Shown: one piece after another, positions 31,172-41,276 of the stretch | Position numbering within the stretch: position 1 is the first letter of the stretch | Layout: each line of letters opens with the position of its first letter | Assembly: GCA_041558415.1 (NCBI GenBank) | Contig: JBFFEY010000011.1 | Span: 3,927 to 67,926, forward strand | DNA: 64,000 nt | Reading direction: 5' to 3' | Source: Burkholderiales bacterium | GTDB taxonomy: Bacteria; Pseudomonadota; Gammaproteobacteria; Burkholderiales; SG8-39 | Position numbers and translations under genes: made by a program | Notes under the pieces: generated by a model | What the model saw: only the letters and a program-made list of their open reading frames with translations | Told to the model about the DNA's origin: nothing | Database searches by the model: none

Positions 31172-32277
31172 GCATTGAGCTCCGCTGCTGGCCGCAGTCG
31201 CCGTGTTTCGCGCGTGCGGCGCGTTCGGTCCGAGACATCTCCCGCGAGTTGCCCGCAGGCCGCGTCGATGCCGTCGCCGCGCGTCTTGCGCGTGGTCACG
31301 GTGACGCCAGCGCCCTGCAGAATTTCCGCGAAGCGCCGGATGCGCTCGGTCGGCGAACGGCGATACGCCGTGCCGGAGAACGGGTTGAATGGAATGAGGT
31401 TGAACTTGGAACGGACACTGCGGGCGATGCCGGCGAGCGCCCGCGCATCGGCGTCGCTGTCGTTCACCCCGTCCAGCATGACGTATTCGAACGTCACGAA
31501 GTCACGCGGCGCACGCTCCAGGTAGCGGTTGCAGGCCGCGAGCAGTGTGCGCAGCGGGTACTTGCGGTTCAACGGAACCAGCTGATCGCGCAGCGCGTCG
31601 CGCGGCGCATGCAGCGACACCGCAAGCGCCACGGGGCATTCGTCGCGCAGCCGGTCCATCTCGGGCACCACGCCCGAGGTCGACACCGTGACGCGCCGGC
31701 GTGAGAGGCCGTAGGCGTGGTCGTCGAGCATTAGGCGCAGGGCGGGCAGCACCTGGTCCAGGTTCAGCAGCGGCTCGCCCATGCCCATCATCACCACGTT
31801 GGTGATTGCGCGCGGGGGATCGCGCTCGCTGCCGGACCCATCGAGCGCTTTGCGCGCCAGCCAGAGCTGGCCGATGATTTCCGCGGTGCTCAGGTTGCGG
31901 TTGAAGCCCTGCTTGCCCGTGGCGCAGAACGCGCAATCGAGCACGCAGCCCGCCTGGCTCGAAATGCACAGCGTGCCGCGCGCACGCTCCGGGATGAACA
32001 CCGTCTCGACCGCGTTCGCACCGTCCACCTGCAGCAGCCATTTGCGCGTTCCGTCCGGCGCCCGGCTGTCGCCGACCACCTGCGGCGCGCGTACCTGCGC
32101 CGCGCCCGCGAGCCGGCCGCGCAGCGACTTCGCGAGGTCGGTCATGCGGGAGAAATCCGACGCACCGCACTGGTGGATCCAGCGCAGCAGCTGGCGGGCA
32201 CGAAAGCGCGGCTCGCCGAGCTGCGCCACGTAGGCCTCGAGCCCCGGCGCGTCGAAATCGAGCAGGTTGACGGTCAT
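31168..32277 (-). CDS. rlmN: 23S rRNA/tRNA m2A methyltransferase
   Basis: [15 protein letters not shown] (CxxxCxxC), [14 protein letters not shown]. Start ATG 32277. Confidence 0.97.
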   Translation of the reverse strand: MTVNLLDFDAPGLEAYVAQLGEPRFRARQLLRWIHQCGASDFSRMTDLAKSLRGRLAGAAQVRAPQVVGDSRAPDGTRKWLLQVDGANAVETVFIPERARGTLCISSQAGCVLDCAFCATGKQGFNRNLSTAEIIGQLWLARKALDGSGSERDPPRAITNVVMMGMGEPLLNLDQVLPALRLMLDDHAYGLSRRRVTVSTSGVVPEMDRLRDECPVALAVSLHAPRDALRDQLVPLNRKYPLRTLLAACNRYLERAPRDFVTFEYVMLDGVNDSDADARALAGIARSVRSKFNLIPFNPFSGTAYRRSPTERIRRFAEILQGAGVTVTTRKTRGDGIDAACGQLAGDVSDRTRRTRETRRLRPAAELNA

Positions 32278-32296
32278 CGAACGAATAGGACCTCGC

Positions 32297-32722
32297 TCAG
32301 CGCGAAAAGATCTCGCAGCTCGGGAAGAAATACGCGACCTCGGCGCGCGCGGTTTCGGGGCCGTCGGAGCCGTGCACCGCGTTGGCGTCGATCGACTCGG
32401 CGAAGTCGGCACGGATGGTGCCCTTGTCCGCCTTCTTCGGGTCGGTGGCGCCCATCAGCTCGCGGTTGCGCGCGATCGCGTTCTCGCCTTCCAGCACCTG
32501 CACGATCACCGGCCCGGAGGTCATAAAGTCGACCAAATCCCTGAAGAACGGCCGGTCACGGTGCACCGCGTAGAAACCCTCGGCCTGAGCGCGCGACAGC
32601 TGCATCATGCGTGCCGCGATGATGCGCAGGCCGGCGGCCTCCAAGCGCGTATAGATCTGTCCGATCACGTTCTTGACGACCGCGTCGGGCTTGATGATGG
32701 ACAGGGTCCGTTCGACTGCCAT
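32297..32722 (-). CDS. ndk: Nucleoside-diphosphate kinase
   Basis: [27 protein letters not shown]. Start ATG 32722. Confidence 0.98.
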   Translation of the reverse strand: MAVERTLSIIKPDAVVKNVIGQIYTRLEAAGLRIIAARMMQLSRAQAEGFYAVHRDRPFFRDLVDFMTSGPVIVQVLEGENAIARNRELMGATDPKKADKGTIRADFAESIDANAVHGSDGPETARAEVAYFFPSCEIFSR

Positions 32723-32760
32723 TCTTGTTTCTCCGGGGATGCGTGCAGGGAAAATGCAGA

Positions 32761-32769
32761 ATTCTATCA
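32761..32769 (-). promoter_or_regulatory. Putative extended -10 promoter for the ndk operon
   Basis: TGATAGAAT in an AT-rich intergenic stretch about 40 nt upstream of ndk. Confidence 0.55.
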
Positions 32770-32831
32770 CCAAATATCCACGAACCGCGTAAAAACAATG
32801 GGTTGCGAGACGCTTGTGGCGCTCGGCCGGC

Positions 32832-34115
32832 TCAGTCGGTCGCCGGCGCCCCGGCCGCGCGCCACTGCAGCACGATGCCCGGCGCCCCGGCCGCGGCCCG
32901 ATAGCGGCAATCGACCCCGAGTCCGGGCACCCACACCAAGTCTTCGTCGCAGTACACCAGCGGCAGCTGATCGCGCCGCCAGGGCGGAATGCCGGCCTCC
33001 TGGAACAGATTCTTCAGCGTGCGGCGCGGACGCCGCGCATCCGGTTGCAGCCGCTCGCCGCCGCGACGCCGCCGCACGCTGACGCGTGCCGTGGCGAAGC
33101 GCGCCGCGTCGATTCCCCTGCCGCGCACGCGCCGCAGCTGCAGTTCTCCGCCGTCCAGCGCGGCGATGCGCAGGCGGCGTTCGCCGCGCCAGTTCAGCGG
33201 CGTGAATGCCGCGGGCTCGCCGTGCGCCGCGATCGGTTCGAGGTACACGCGCCCACGATAGCTGCGCAGCCGCATGCCGTCGTGCACCAGCTGCATGCGA
33301 GGACTGCCGCTCGAGAGCTGCTTCAGCATCTCGAGCAGGCGCGCCTCGCTCGGCGCGCGCAGGCCGTGCTGCGCGAGAAAGGCGCGCAAGAGCGCGCGCT
33401 CGTCGGCCTGCGCCGCGGCGAAATGCCGCGCGGCGCGCGCCAGGCTTTCGCGCCAGCGCGGGAAGCGTGCCGCGATCAGCGGCGCGACGCGATGGCGCAG
33501 GTAGTTGCGGGTGATCGACTCGCGCGCATTGGACTCGTCATCGACCCAGGCGATCGCATGACGCCTTGCATAGCGCAGGATCTCCTCGCGCGGCACATCG
33601 AGCAGCGGCCGCAGCAGGCGCTTGTCGCCCAGCATGCCGAGCGCCGGCATCGCACTCGCCCCGCGCGGACCGGCGCCGCGCAGCAGCTGCAGCAGCACGG
33701 TTTCGGCCTGGTCGTCGAGATGATGTGCGAGCACGATGGCGTCGGCGCGCAGCCTTTGCAGGGCGGCCTGGCGCGCCTGGCGCGCAGCCGCCTCGAGGCC
33801 GCGCCCGCTGCGCGCCGCGACCTGCACGCGCTGCACGCGCAGCGGCACACCGAGCGCGCGGCAGGCGCGTCGGCAATGGCGCGCCCAGGCATCCGCGTTC
33901 GGACTGAGCGCGTGGTGCACGTGCAGCGCCGCAAGGCGGAAGCCGTGACGCGTCGCCGCCGCGTGCAGCAGCTGCAGCAAAACGCTCGAATCGAGGCCGC
34001 CCGAAAAGCCGAGCACGAGCCGCGCGCCGCGCAGTTCGGGATGCGCCCGCAGGAAGCGCTCGACGGCGCCGCGCGGTCCGACGTCAGCCGCGGTCGGCTT
34101 CCTTGAATTTGCCAT
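32832..34115 (-). CDS. tilS: tRNA(Ile)-lysidine synthetase
   Basis: [44 protein letters not shown]. Start uncertain; ATG 34115 overlaps the accA end by 32 nt. Confidence 0.95.
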   Translation of the reverse strand: MANSRKPTAADVGPRGAVERFLRAHPELRGARLVLGFSGGLDSSVLLQLLHAAATRHGFRLAALHVHHALSPNADAWARHCRRACRALGVPLRVQRVQVAARSGRGLEAAARQARQAALQRLRADAIVLAHHLDDQAETVLLQLLRGAGPRGASAMPALGMLGDKRLLRPLLDVPREEILRYARRHAIAWVDDESNARESITRNYLRHRVAPLIAARFPRWRESLARAARHFAAAQADERALLRAFLAQHGLRAPSEARLLEMLKQLSSGSPRMQLVHDGMRLRSYRGRVYLEPIAAHGEPAAFTPLNWRGERRLRIAALDGGELQLRRVRGRGIDAARFATARVSVRRRRGGERLQPDARRPRRTLKNLFQEAGIPPWRRDQLPLVYCDEDLVWVPGLGVDCRYRAAAGAPGIVLQWRAAGAPATD

Positions 34116-35052
34116 AGCTCATCAAGCGCTCGAGGCGCTCGTCGACGAGCTCTTTCGGTTTCTTGTCCTGCAGCTGGCGCAGTGCGTCGGCGAGCGCCTT
34201 GCGCAGCGTCTGCCCCATCGCCTGCGGGTCGCGGTGCGCGCCGCCGAGCGGCTCGTTCAAGACGCGGTCGATCAGACCGAGGGTTTTCAGGCGGCTTGCC
34301 GTGATGCCGAGCGCCTCGGCCGCGGCCGGCGCCTTGTCCGCGCTGCGCCAAAGGATCGACGCGCAGCCCTCCGGCGAAATCACCGAGTAGGTGGCGTACT
34401 GCAGCATCAGCACGATGTCGCCTACGGCAATGGCGAGTGCGCCGCCCGAGCCGCCCTCACCGATCACGGTGACGATGAGCGGCACGCGCAGTCCGGCCAT
34501 TGCGAAGAGGTTGCGGCCGATGGCCTCCGACTGTCCGCGCTCTTCCGCGTCGATTCCCGGGTAGGCGCCCGGCGTGTCGACGAAGGAGAACACCGGCAAA
34601 GCGAACTTCTCGGCCAGCTGCATGAGGCGCAGCGCCTTGCGGTAGCCCTCGGGCTTCGGCATGCCGAAATTGCGCAGGATCTTCTCCTTCGTGTCGCGCC
34701 CCTTCTGATGGCCGATCACCACGCAGGCTTGCCCGTTGAAGCGCGCCAGCCCGGCGACGATCGAGGCATCGTCCGCGAACAGGCGATCGCCGTGCAATTC
34801 CTCGAAATGGGTGAACAGCATCGGCAGGTAGTCAAGCAGGTAGGGCCGCTGCGGATGCCGCGCCACCTGCGCAATCTGCCAGGGCGTCAGCTTCGCGTAG
34901 ATCTCCTTGGTGAGCGCCTGGCTCTTGCGCGTCAGGCGCTGGATTTCCTGCGAAATATCGACCGCCGAGTCTTCCTGCACGTAGCGCAGCTCTTCGATGC
35001 GCTGCTCGAGCTCTGCGATCGGCTGCTCGAAGTCGAGAAAGGTCGTCTTCAT
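34084..35052 (-). CDS. accA: Acetyl-CoA carboxylase carboxyltransferase alpha subunit
   Basis: [38 protein letters not shown]. Start ATG 35052. Confidence 0.98.
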   Translation of the reverse strand: MKTTFLDFEQPIAELEQRIEELRYVQEDSAVDISQEIQRLTRKSQALTKEIYAKLTPWQIAQVARHPQRPYLLDYLPMLFTHFEELHGDRLFADDASIVAGLARFNGQACVVIGHQKGRDTKEKILRNFGMPKPEGYRKALRLMQLAEKFALPVFSFVDTPGAYPGIDAEERGQSEAIGRNLFAMAGLRVPLIVTVIGEGGSGGALAIAVGDIVLMLQYATYSVISPEGCASILWRSADKAPAAAEALGITASRLKTLGLIDRVLNEPLGGAHRDPQAMGQTLRKALADALRQLQDKKPKELVDERLERLMSYGKFKEADRG

Positions 35053-35128
35053 CGGCCGCCACATTCTACTCGCCGCGGCGTTTTGACGCGGGCCGCCCGG
35101 GGAAACCCTGCCGACCGCCGGGGGTGCG

Positions 35129-35746
35129 TCAGTACTCCACCGGCACCGGATCGAGGGAGCGCCACAGGTACCAGGTGGCGACCGAGCGCCACGGTGACCA
35201 GGTAGTGCCGAGCCGGCGCATGCGCGCGCGTGTCGCACTGCGGCCGTTGAAGTAGGCGCGCCGAATCGCCTTCTGCAGCCCGAGGTCGTCGAGCGGGAAC
35301 ACGTCGGGGCGCAGCAGGTTGAAGATGAGGAACATTTCCGCGGTCCAGCGGCCGATGCCGCGCACCTGCACGAGCTCGGCGATCACCGCTTCGTCGTCCA
35401 TTTGCGGCCAGCGCTGCACGTGGATCGTGCCATCGGCAAAGTGCCGCGCGAGATCCGCGATGTACTCCACCTTGCGCGCCGACAGGCCGCAGGCACGCAG
35501 CCGCCTGCGGTCGAGCGCCAGCACCTGTGCCGGCGTCGCGTCCGGGGCGGCGGCGACGAAGCGGTCCCACACGCTCTGCGCCGCACGCACCGAGATCTGC
35601 TGCCCGACGATCGCGCGCGCCAGCGTCATGAACGGCTCGCCGCGGCGCACCAGAAACACGCCAGCGTGCGCGCGCATGATCGCGGCGAGCGTCGGATCGC
35701 GCCGTGCGAGCGCGCGTTTCGCGCGGGCCCAGTAGGCCGGCTTCAT
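35129..35746 (-). CDS. DNA-3-methyladenine glycosylase II (AlkA/HhH-GPD family)
   Basis: [11 protein letters not shown], Hh[23 protein letters not shown]. Confidence 0.9.
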   Translation of the reverse strand: MKPAYWARAKRALARRDPTLAAIMRAHAGVFLVRRGEPFMTLARAIVGQQISVRAAQSVWDRFVAAAPDATPAQVLALDRRRLRACGLSARKVEYIADLARHFADGTIHVQRWPQMDDEAVIAELVQVRGIGRWTAEMFLIFNLLRPDVFPLDDLGLQKAIRRAYFNGRSATRARMRRLGTTWSPWRSVATWYLWRSLDPVPVEY

Positions 35747-35756
35747 GCGTCGTGCC

Positions 35757-36770
35757 TCAGGCCGCCGCTGCGAGCGGCAGGTTGATAAGCAGATTCTGCG
35801 GCTTCATGCGCACGACGTCTGCCTCGTCCATCGACAGCGCGAGCACCACCGGAGCGCCGGCGAGGTCGGCGCGCATCGCGGCGCGCTCGGCGAAGGTCAG
35901 GCGAAACAGCGCGACGATGCGCCGCATGCGCCCAGCCTCCACCTCGCCGCCGTGCCACAGCGTGTTGAGAATCGCGGTCGACTCCGCATCGAGCCCGATG
36001 TGCCACTGCCAGCGCTGCTCCTCGAGGGCACGCACCGCCTGCACCTCGACCCGCACGCCGTGGAAATGCGCGATCCACGCTTCGATCACCCGGCAAAACG
36101 CCTCCAGGGCGGCGCTGCCCAGCTGGATCGGGATCACCGTATCGAAGCGCGATTCGCGTTCCCAGTAACGCTGCGCGTTGTCCGGCCCGAGCACGTCCAG
36201 ATCGACCCGACCGAGCCCGCCTTGCGCCTCGACGATCAGGCGCCCGAGGCTGCCGTAGCGGCTTCCGGCCGCGTGCATCTCGACCGTCTCGAGGTCGGCG
36301 AGCAGCACCTGGCCGTCGCGCAGTGTCGCCTTCTGCTCGCGAAAGAACAGCTCTGCCGCGCGCAGGCGCAACGGGTCCTCGCAGCCGTCGAGGACGTTGC
36401 GCAGGATGACATGCACCAGCTGATCGATGAACAGCGGCGGCACGTCGATTGCACCGCCCTGGAACAGCCCCGCGTAGCAGGCCTCGAGGGTACCCGCCTC
36501 GAGCAGCCGGTCGCGGAAGCGCAAAAGCAGGCGGTAGTTGTCGCGCGCGTCGCTGTCCGCGATGGCCTCGAGCTCGGCCGGCGCAACCGGCCGACGCGGC
36601 GCCGCCATCAGCGCGGCGTGCAGCGCGTTTTCCGCATCGCAGGATTCTTCCACCGGGTGGATCTCCGGCCGCAGCAGGTAGGCGCGCAGGAAATCGTCGC
36701 TCACGACCAGCTGCCCCGCGGCGTTGCGGGGCAGAAGATGAAAGCCGCTCGCGCGCCAGAACTCCGGCAT
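35757..36770 (-). CDS. Conserved hypothetical protein (resembles DUF6352 family)
   Basis: N-terminus MPEFWRASGFHLL..., RPEIHPVEESC, PPLFIDQL, W.WHIGLDAES and MKPQNLL.NLP recalled as DUF6352-like; not database-verified. Confidence 0.65.
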   Translation of the reverse strand: MPEFWRASGFHLLPRNAAGQLVVSDDFLRAYLLRPEIHPVEESCDAENALHAALMAAPRRPVAPAELEAIADSDARDNYRLLLRFRDRLLEAGTLEACYAGLFQGGAIDVPPLFIDQLVHVILRNVLDGCEDPLRLRAAELFFREQKATLRDGQVLLADLETVEMHAAGSRYGSLGRLIVEAQGGLGRVDLDVLGPDNAQRYWERESRFDTVIPIQLGSAALEAFCRVIEAWIAHFHGVRVEVQAVRALEEQRWQWHIGLDAESTAILNTLWHGGEVEAGRMRRIVALFRLTFAERAAMRADLAGAPVVLALSMDEADVVRMKPQNLLINLPLAAAA

Positions 36771-37348
36771 CAAGCCGGCGCGGTCACCAGGCGGCTGTTC
36801 GCCGCGACGTGCTGCCGGAGGAACTCCATCTGGTCGGCGTAGATGCGCCGGTTGGTGAGAATGAGATATTCCGCCTTGTTCGGCACGTACGGCGCGTACA
36901 GCAGCTCCATGCCTGACTCTTCCGGCAGGCGATTGCGCTTATGACCGTTGCAGTGCCGGCAGGCCGTGACCACGTTCATCCAGCTGTCCCGCCCGCCGCG
37001 CGACAGCGGCGTGATGTGGTCGCGGGTGAGGCGGAAATAGTTGAAGACCCGCCCGCAGTAGGCGCAGGTCTGGCGATCGCGACGGAATAGTTCGCGGTTG
37101 TTGAGAGGCGGCACCTGGTTGAAGCCGCGCGCGGCCAGCGCGCGTCCCTTGATGGCGATGATCGAATGCGCCGTGATGCTCGAGCGCTCGCCGGTCAGGC
37201 GCGACAGGCCGCCGTAGAAGGTGAAGGTCCGCTCGCCGAGGCTCCAGGCCACCAGGTCCTTCGCATAGTAAAAACAGGCCTGCTGCCAGCTGATCCAGCG
37301 GTGCGGCACGCCGTGACTGTCGAGCGAAAGAATGAGCGGACTTTCCAT
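36770..37348 (-). CDS. HNH endonuclease (McrA-like, Zn-binding)
   Basis: CAYCG...TRDHITPLSRGGRDSWMNVVTACRHCNGHK. Start ATG 37348; stop overlaps the next ATG (TGATG). Confidence 0.9.
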   Translation of the reverse strand: MESPLILSLDSHGVPHRWISWQQACFYYAKDLVAWSLGERTFTFYGGLSRLTGERSSITAHSIIAIKGRALAARGFNQVPPLNNRELFRRDRQTCAYCGRVFNYFRLTRDHITPLSRGGRDSWMNVVTACRHCNGHKRNRLPEESGMELLYAPYVPNKAEYLILTNRRIYADQMEFLRQHVAANSRLVTAPA

Positions 37349-37372
37349 GGCACGAACCTTGAATGCGCGACG

Positions 37373-37401
37373 ATTCTGCCAAGTGTCCTGCCGCTTTGCA
37401 A
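37373..37401 (-). promoter_or_regulatory. Putative sigma70 promoter for the HNH operon
   Basis: TTGCAA (37401-37396), N17, CAGAAT (37378-37373). Confidence 0.45.
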
Positions 37402-37406
37402 TCAGC

Positions 37407-37442
37407 AAAAAAACAAAAGGCTGCGGGCAAAAGCTCGCAGCC
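37407..37442 (-). terminator. Intrinsic terminator after the HU gene
   Basis: Minus strand GGCTGCG-AGC-TTTT-GCC-CGCAGCC followed by TTTTGTTTTTTT. Confidence 0.85.
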
Positions 37443-37474
37443 CCCTCGAAGCGCTCTGGCGAATCGGTCAGGCG

Positions 37475-37765
37475 CTAGCGCCGGCCAACCGCGTCCTTGA
37501 AGCCCTGCCCCGCCGCAAACGCCGGGATGGTCTTTGCCGTAATCTTGATTTCCTTGCCGTTCATCGGACTGCGGCCGTTGCGCGCCTTTCGCTTGCGCGG
37601 CATGAACGTGCCGAAACCGACGACCGTTACGCGATTGCCTTTTGCCACGTTAGAGACGATGGCGTCGAACATCGCGTTGACCGCCTCACCGGCTGTGGAC
37701 TTGCTCAGGTTCCCCGACTTCGCGACGACCCGCACGAGATCCGACTTGGTGACGACGGACGGCAT
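37475..37765 (-). CDS. HU family DNA-binding protein
   Basis: TKSDLV, V...GFGTF, R.AR.GR.P..G.EI.I, P.F.AG..FKDAV; strong SD AGGAGGA. Confidence 0.93.
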   Translation of the reverse strand: MPSVVTKSDLVRVVAKSGNLSKSTAGEAVNAMFDAIVSNVAKGNRVTVVGFGTFMPRKRKARNGRSPMNGKEIKITAKTIPAFAAGQGFKDAVGRR

Positions 37766-38017
37766 GACATTCCTCCTATGTCAACGAGGCCCGGATGACG
37801 GGCTCTTTTCGAGTATCGCTTCCGCGAACATCGCTCAACCGTGATGTCGCGTCGACAAAGCCCGCGCGAGAGCGCGCATCGTATCCAAATCAAAAACGGA
37901 AGACAATGCGCGCACGCAAACTTTTTTTCGCTTGCGTTGAATTTTTTCTCGTGCGCACGGTTCGCGCATGCGAAGGCAAGCATTTAACATCTGCGCATCG
38001 CATCGATTGATAGCGCG

Positions 38018-39634
38018 ATGAATTCGAATGCGCCAAGCGGAACGCTGACACTGAGCGCACTGCTCGCGGCGCGCGCGGCGACGGCTGGCGGCGCGCCGAT
38101 GCTGGTCGATCGCGGGCGGCCGATCGCCTTCGCGGAGATCGCCGCCGAAAGTCGCCGCGTGGCGACAGCCTTCGCGCGCCTCGGCATAGGCCGCGAAGAT
38201 CGTGTAGCACTTTGGCTTCCGAACGTATCTGCTTGGCTGACCTGTTTTTTTGCTTGCGCGCAGCTCGGTGCAATCGCGGTGTCGGTCAACACGCGCTTTC
38301 GCGCGCAGGAGGTAGCGGACATCGTCGGACGTTCCGGTGCACGGCTGCTGGTCTACTGGCCGGGGTTCAAGGGCATTGATTTCTCGGCCATTCTGACGGA
38401 GGTGGCCGAGGCGGCGCCCACCGCGCTCGCCGGCATCGAGGCGCTGATCGCCTATGCCGAAGCCGAGTCAGCAGCGCCGCACCACATCGCCGGCAGAGCG
38501 GTGCATGCTTATGGTGCGCTCGCCGGCGAGCTGCCGCGGCAACGGGATGACGCAACGCCGGATGCCGGCTGCATTCTGTTCACCACCTCCGGCACGACCA
38601 AGGCGCCCAAGTTCGTGCTGCACGACCAGCGCGCGGTGGTCGCGCACGCGCACGACGTGGCACGCGGCTTCGGGCTCGACGCGGACGCCGTGATGCTCCT
38701 GGTCCCGCCGCTGTGCGGCGTGTTCGGTTTCTGCTGCGCCATGGGTGCGCTCGCCGCCGGGCGGCCACTTGTCATGCGGCCGGCCTGGGATGCCGCGCAG
38801 GCCGCCGCTGACATCGCCGCACAGCGCGTCACCCACGCCAACGCGACCGATGAGGCCATCGCGCAGCTGCTCGCCCACAGCAGGACGGAACCGGCGTTCC
38901 CGAGCGTGCGGTTCTTCGGCTATGCGTCGTTCAACCCTTCGCTCGACGATATCGTCGAGCGCGCCGCCGCGCGCGACCTGACGCTCGTCGGGCTGTATGG
39001 CGCGAGCGAGGTGCAGGCACTGTTCGCACGGCAGGACGAGAACGCGCCGCTCGCCGAACGCGGGCTTGCCGGCGGCCGACCGGTGAATCCGGCGGCACGC
39101 GTGCGCGTGTGCGATCCCGAGTCCGGCCGTGTCTTGCCGCACGGCGAAGCCGGCGAGCTCGAGTTCTTCTCGGCCAACAGCCGCATGGTCGGCTACTTCG
39201 GCAATCCGCAAGCGACGCACGCCGCGCTCAGCGAGGACGGTTTCTACCGTTCGGGTGACCTCGGCTACACCACCGCCGACGGGCGTTTCGTTTTCCTCGC
39301 GCGCATGGGCGATTCGCTGCGGCTCGGCGGCTTTCTCGTCAGCCCGCTCGAAATCGAAGCCGTGGTGCAGCAGGCGCCCGGCATCGCCGCCTGCCAGGTG
39401 GTCGGCGTACCGGGGGCGGCGGGGCTGGTGGCGGTGGCATTCGTGATCCTCGCGCCGGGTGCGACGCTCGACGAAGCCGCCCTGCGCGCGCACGTCGGCG
39501 CTCGGCTGGCACGGTTCAAGGTGCCGCAGCGCATCGTGCCGCTGGAGGCCTTCCCGGTCACGCCGGGCGCCAACGCAACCAAGATCCAGAAGGGCAAGCT
39601 GCGCGAGATGGCCCAAGCGCTGCTCGCGCCGTGA
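38018..39634 (+). CDS. AMP-binding acyl-CoA synthetase family protein
   Basis: FTTSGTTKAPK, YGASE, FYRSGDLG, R.GD.LRLGG, KIQK. Confidence 0.92.
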   Translation: MNSNAPSGTLTLSALLAARAATAGGAPMLVDRGRPIAFAEIAAESRRVATAFARLGIGREDRVALWLPNVSAWLTCFFACAQLGAIAVSVNTRFRAQEVADIVGRSGARLLVYWPGFKGIDFSAILTEVAEAAPTALAGIEALIAYAEAESAAPHHIAGRAVHAYGALAGELPRQRDDATPDAGCILFTTSGTTKAPKFVLHDQRAVVAHAHDVARGFGLDADAVMLLVPPLCGVFGFCCAMGALAAGRPLVMRPAWDAAQAAADIAAQRVTHANATDEAIAQLLAHSRTEPAFPSVRFFGYASFNPSLDDIVERAAARDLTLVGLYGASEVQALFARQDENAPLAERGLAGGRPVNPAARVRVCDPESGRVLPHGEAGELEFFSANSRMVGYFGNPQATHAALSEDGFYRSGDLGYTTADGRFVFLARMGDSLRLGGFLVSPLEIEAVVQQAPGIAACQVVGVPGAAGLVAVAFVILAPGATLDEAALRAHVGARLARFKVPQRIVPLEAFPVTPGANATKIQKGKLREMAQALLAP

Positions 39635-39644
39635 ACGGCATCGC

Positions 39645-40337
39645 GTGAGCGCCGCCGTCGACCGCTTCGTCGCGCAGCTGCGCGCATTTTCCGGGCCGAA
39701 CGTCTTCAATCCCTGGGCCGACTTCGATCCGGCGCACGACGCCTTGCGCGCGGCACCCGCGATCCGCGGCCGCCAGCTCGCCGCCTACCTCACCGAACGC
39801 GCTTCGCGCGCACGCCTGCTGCTGGTCGCGGAAGCCGCCGGCTACCAGGGCGCCAAGTTCTCCGGCATCGCCATGACCTCGGAGCGCATTCTGCTCGGCC
39901 ATCTCGCGGCCAAAGGCATCACGCCGCAGGACGTGATTCGGCTACCGCCCGAGCGCACCAGCCGGCCCGCGGAAAAGCCGCTCGGGTTCAACGAGCCGAC
40001 TGCGACGGTGGTCTGGGGCACGCTGCTCGGCGCAGGCGTCGATCCGCGCGCCTGGGTCAACTGGAATGCCTTCGCCTGCCACCCGCACCGGCCGGGCGCG
40101 CCGCTGTCCAACCGCACGCCGACGCGAACCGAGCTGGAAGCCGGCCGCGAACTATTGCGTGGCTTCCTGCAGCTCTACCCGCGCGCCGAGGTCGTTGCCC
40201 TCGGCCGGCACGCGGCCCATTCGCTCGGCCTGCTCGAGGTGCCGCACCGCGCGGTGCGGCACCCCTCGATGGGTGGCGCCAGCCGCTTTCGTGCGGAGAT
40301 CCTCGCAATCGCCGCGGCGCTGCAGGCGAAACGCTAG
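39645..40337 (+). CDS. Uracil-DNA glycosylase superfamily protein
   Basis: LLVAEAAGYQG...SG...TSE, WNAFACHP, NRTP, VALGR, VRHPSMGG. GTG start 39645. Confidence 0.8.
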   Translation: MSAAVDRFVAQLRAFSGPNVFNPWADFDPAHDALRAAPAIRGRQLAAYLTERASRARLLLVAEAAGYQGAKFSGIAMTSERILLGHLAAKGITPQDVIRLPPERTSRPAEKPLGFNEPTATVVWGTLLGAGVDPRAWVNWNAFACHPHRPGAPLSNRTPTRTELEAGRELLRGFLQLYPRAEVVALGRHAAHSLGLLEVPHRAVRHPSMGGASRFRAEILAIAAALQAKR

Positions 40338-41254
40338 CCGGCGCTTTTGTCCTGCGACGCGATTTCGGTGTGCGTGCGCTGCTCGACCCAGCGAAACAGG
40401 TCGCTCACGTTGCGGCCGGCGCCGAATGCCTGCAGCGCCGTGCGCCACAGCTGCTCGCCCAGCCCGCTCATCGGCAGCGGCAGCTCCGCCTCGCGCGCCA
40501 GCGACATCGCAATGCCGATATCCTTCACCATCAGCTCGAGCTTGAACGGGTCGTCGAACTTGCGGCTGAGGATGCGCTGGCCGACGTGGTTCTGCGTGAC
40601 CCAGGACATCCCGGTCGACTCGTTCAGCACCGCGTTCATGGCTGCGGGGTCGAGGCCGTAGCGCTTGCCGATCACCAGTCCCTCTGCGGTGGAGAGGAAT
40701 GTGAGTGCGGTGATCAGGTTGTTGATGCATTTCATCGCATGCCCTGCACCAAGCGGACCGAGGTGAAAGAGCGCGCGCCCCATGCGCCGCAGAATCGGCG
40801 TCACGCGCGCGACCGGCGCCGCCTCGCCACCGACCATGAACACCAGCTGCGCGCTCTGCGCCCCGACCTGCGCGCCCGAAACCGGCGCATCGACCATGTC
40901 GACGCCGTTCGCGGCGAGCGCCGCGGCCGTGCGGCGTGTCAGCCAGGGCTCGGACGACGAGGTGTCGAGCAGCAGCGTGCCGCGCGCGAGGCCACCGAGC
41001 AGTCCCGCTTCGCCCAGCGCGACCCGCTCGACTGCCTCGCCGTTCGGCAGCATGGTGATGACGATGTCGGCCTGCGACGCGAGCGCCTGCGGCGTGGGCG
41101 CGGCCGATGCGGCCGGATGCGCCGCGACGAAGCCGCGCAGCGCGGTTTCATCGATATCGTGCACCGTGAGCGGGTATCCCGCAGCGAGCAGGTGCCCCGC
41201 CATCGGCGCGCCCATGACGCCTAGACCGACGAAGCCGATGCGCGTCGCAGCCAC
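40334..41254 (-). CDS. NAD(P)-dependent 3-hydroxyisobutyrate/6-phosphogluconate dehydrogenase family protein
   Basis: IGFVGLGVMG, TMLPN, DAPVSG, GAGHAMKCINN. GTG start 41254. Confidence 0.9.
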   Translation of the reverse strand: MAATRIGFVGLGVMGAPMAGHLLAAGYPLTVHDIDETALRGFVAAHPAASAAPTPQALASQADIVITMLPNGEAVERVALGEAGLLGGLARGTLLLDTSSSEPWLTRRTAAALAANGVDMVDAPVSGAQVGAQSAQLVFMVGGEAAPVARVTPILRRMGRALFHLGPLGAGHAMKCINNLITALTFLSTAEGLVIGKRYGLDPAAMNAVLNESTGMSWVTQNHVGQRILSRKFDDPFKLELMVKDIGIAMSLAREAELPLPMSGLGEQLWRTALQAFGAGRNVSDLFRWVEQRTHTEIASQDKSAG

Positions 41255-41276
41255 CGGCGGTTCGCGCCGCGCGCCC

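Noticed and set aside
36770-37348. HNH gene as a homing endonuclease, Cas9/IscB relative or restriction system
   Set aside because: Small stand-alone HNH with no RuvC motifs, intron/intein context, methylase, terminal repeats or CRISPR array.
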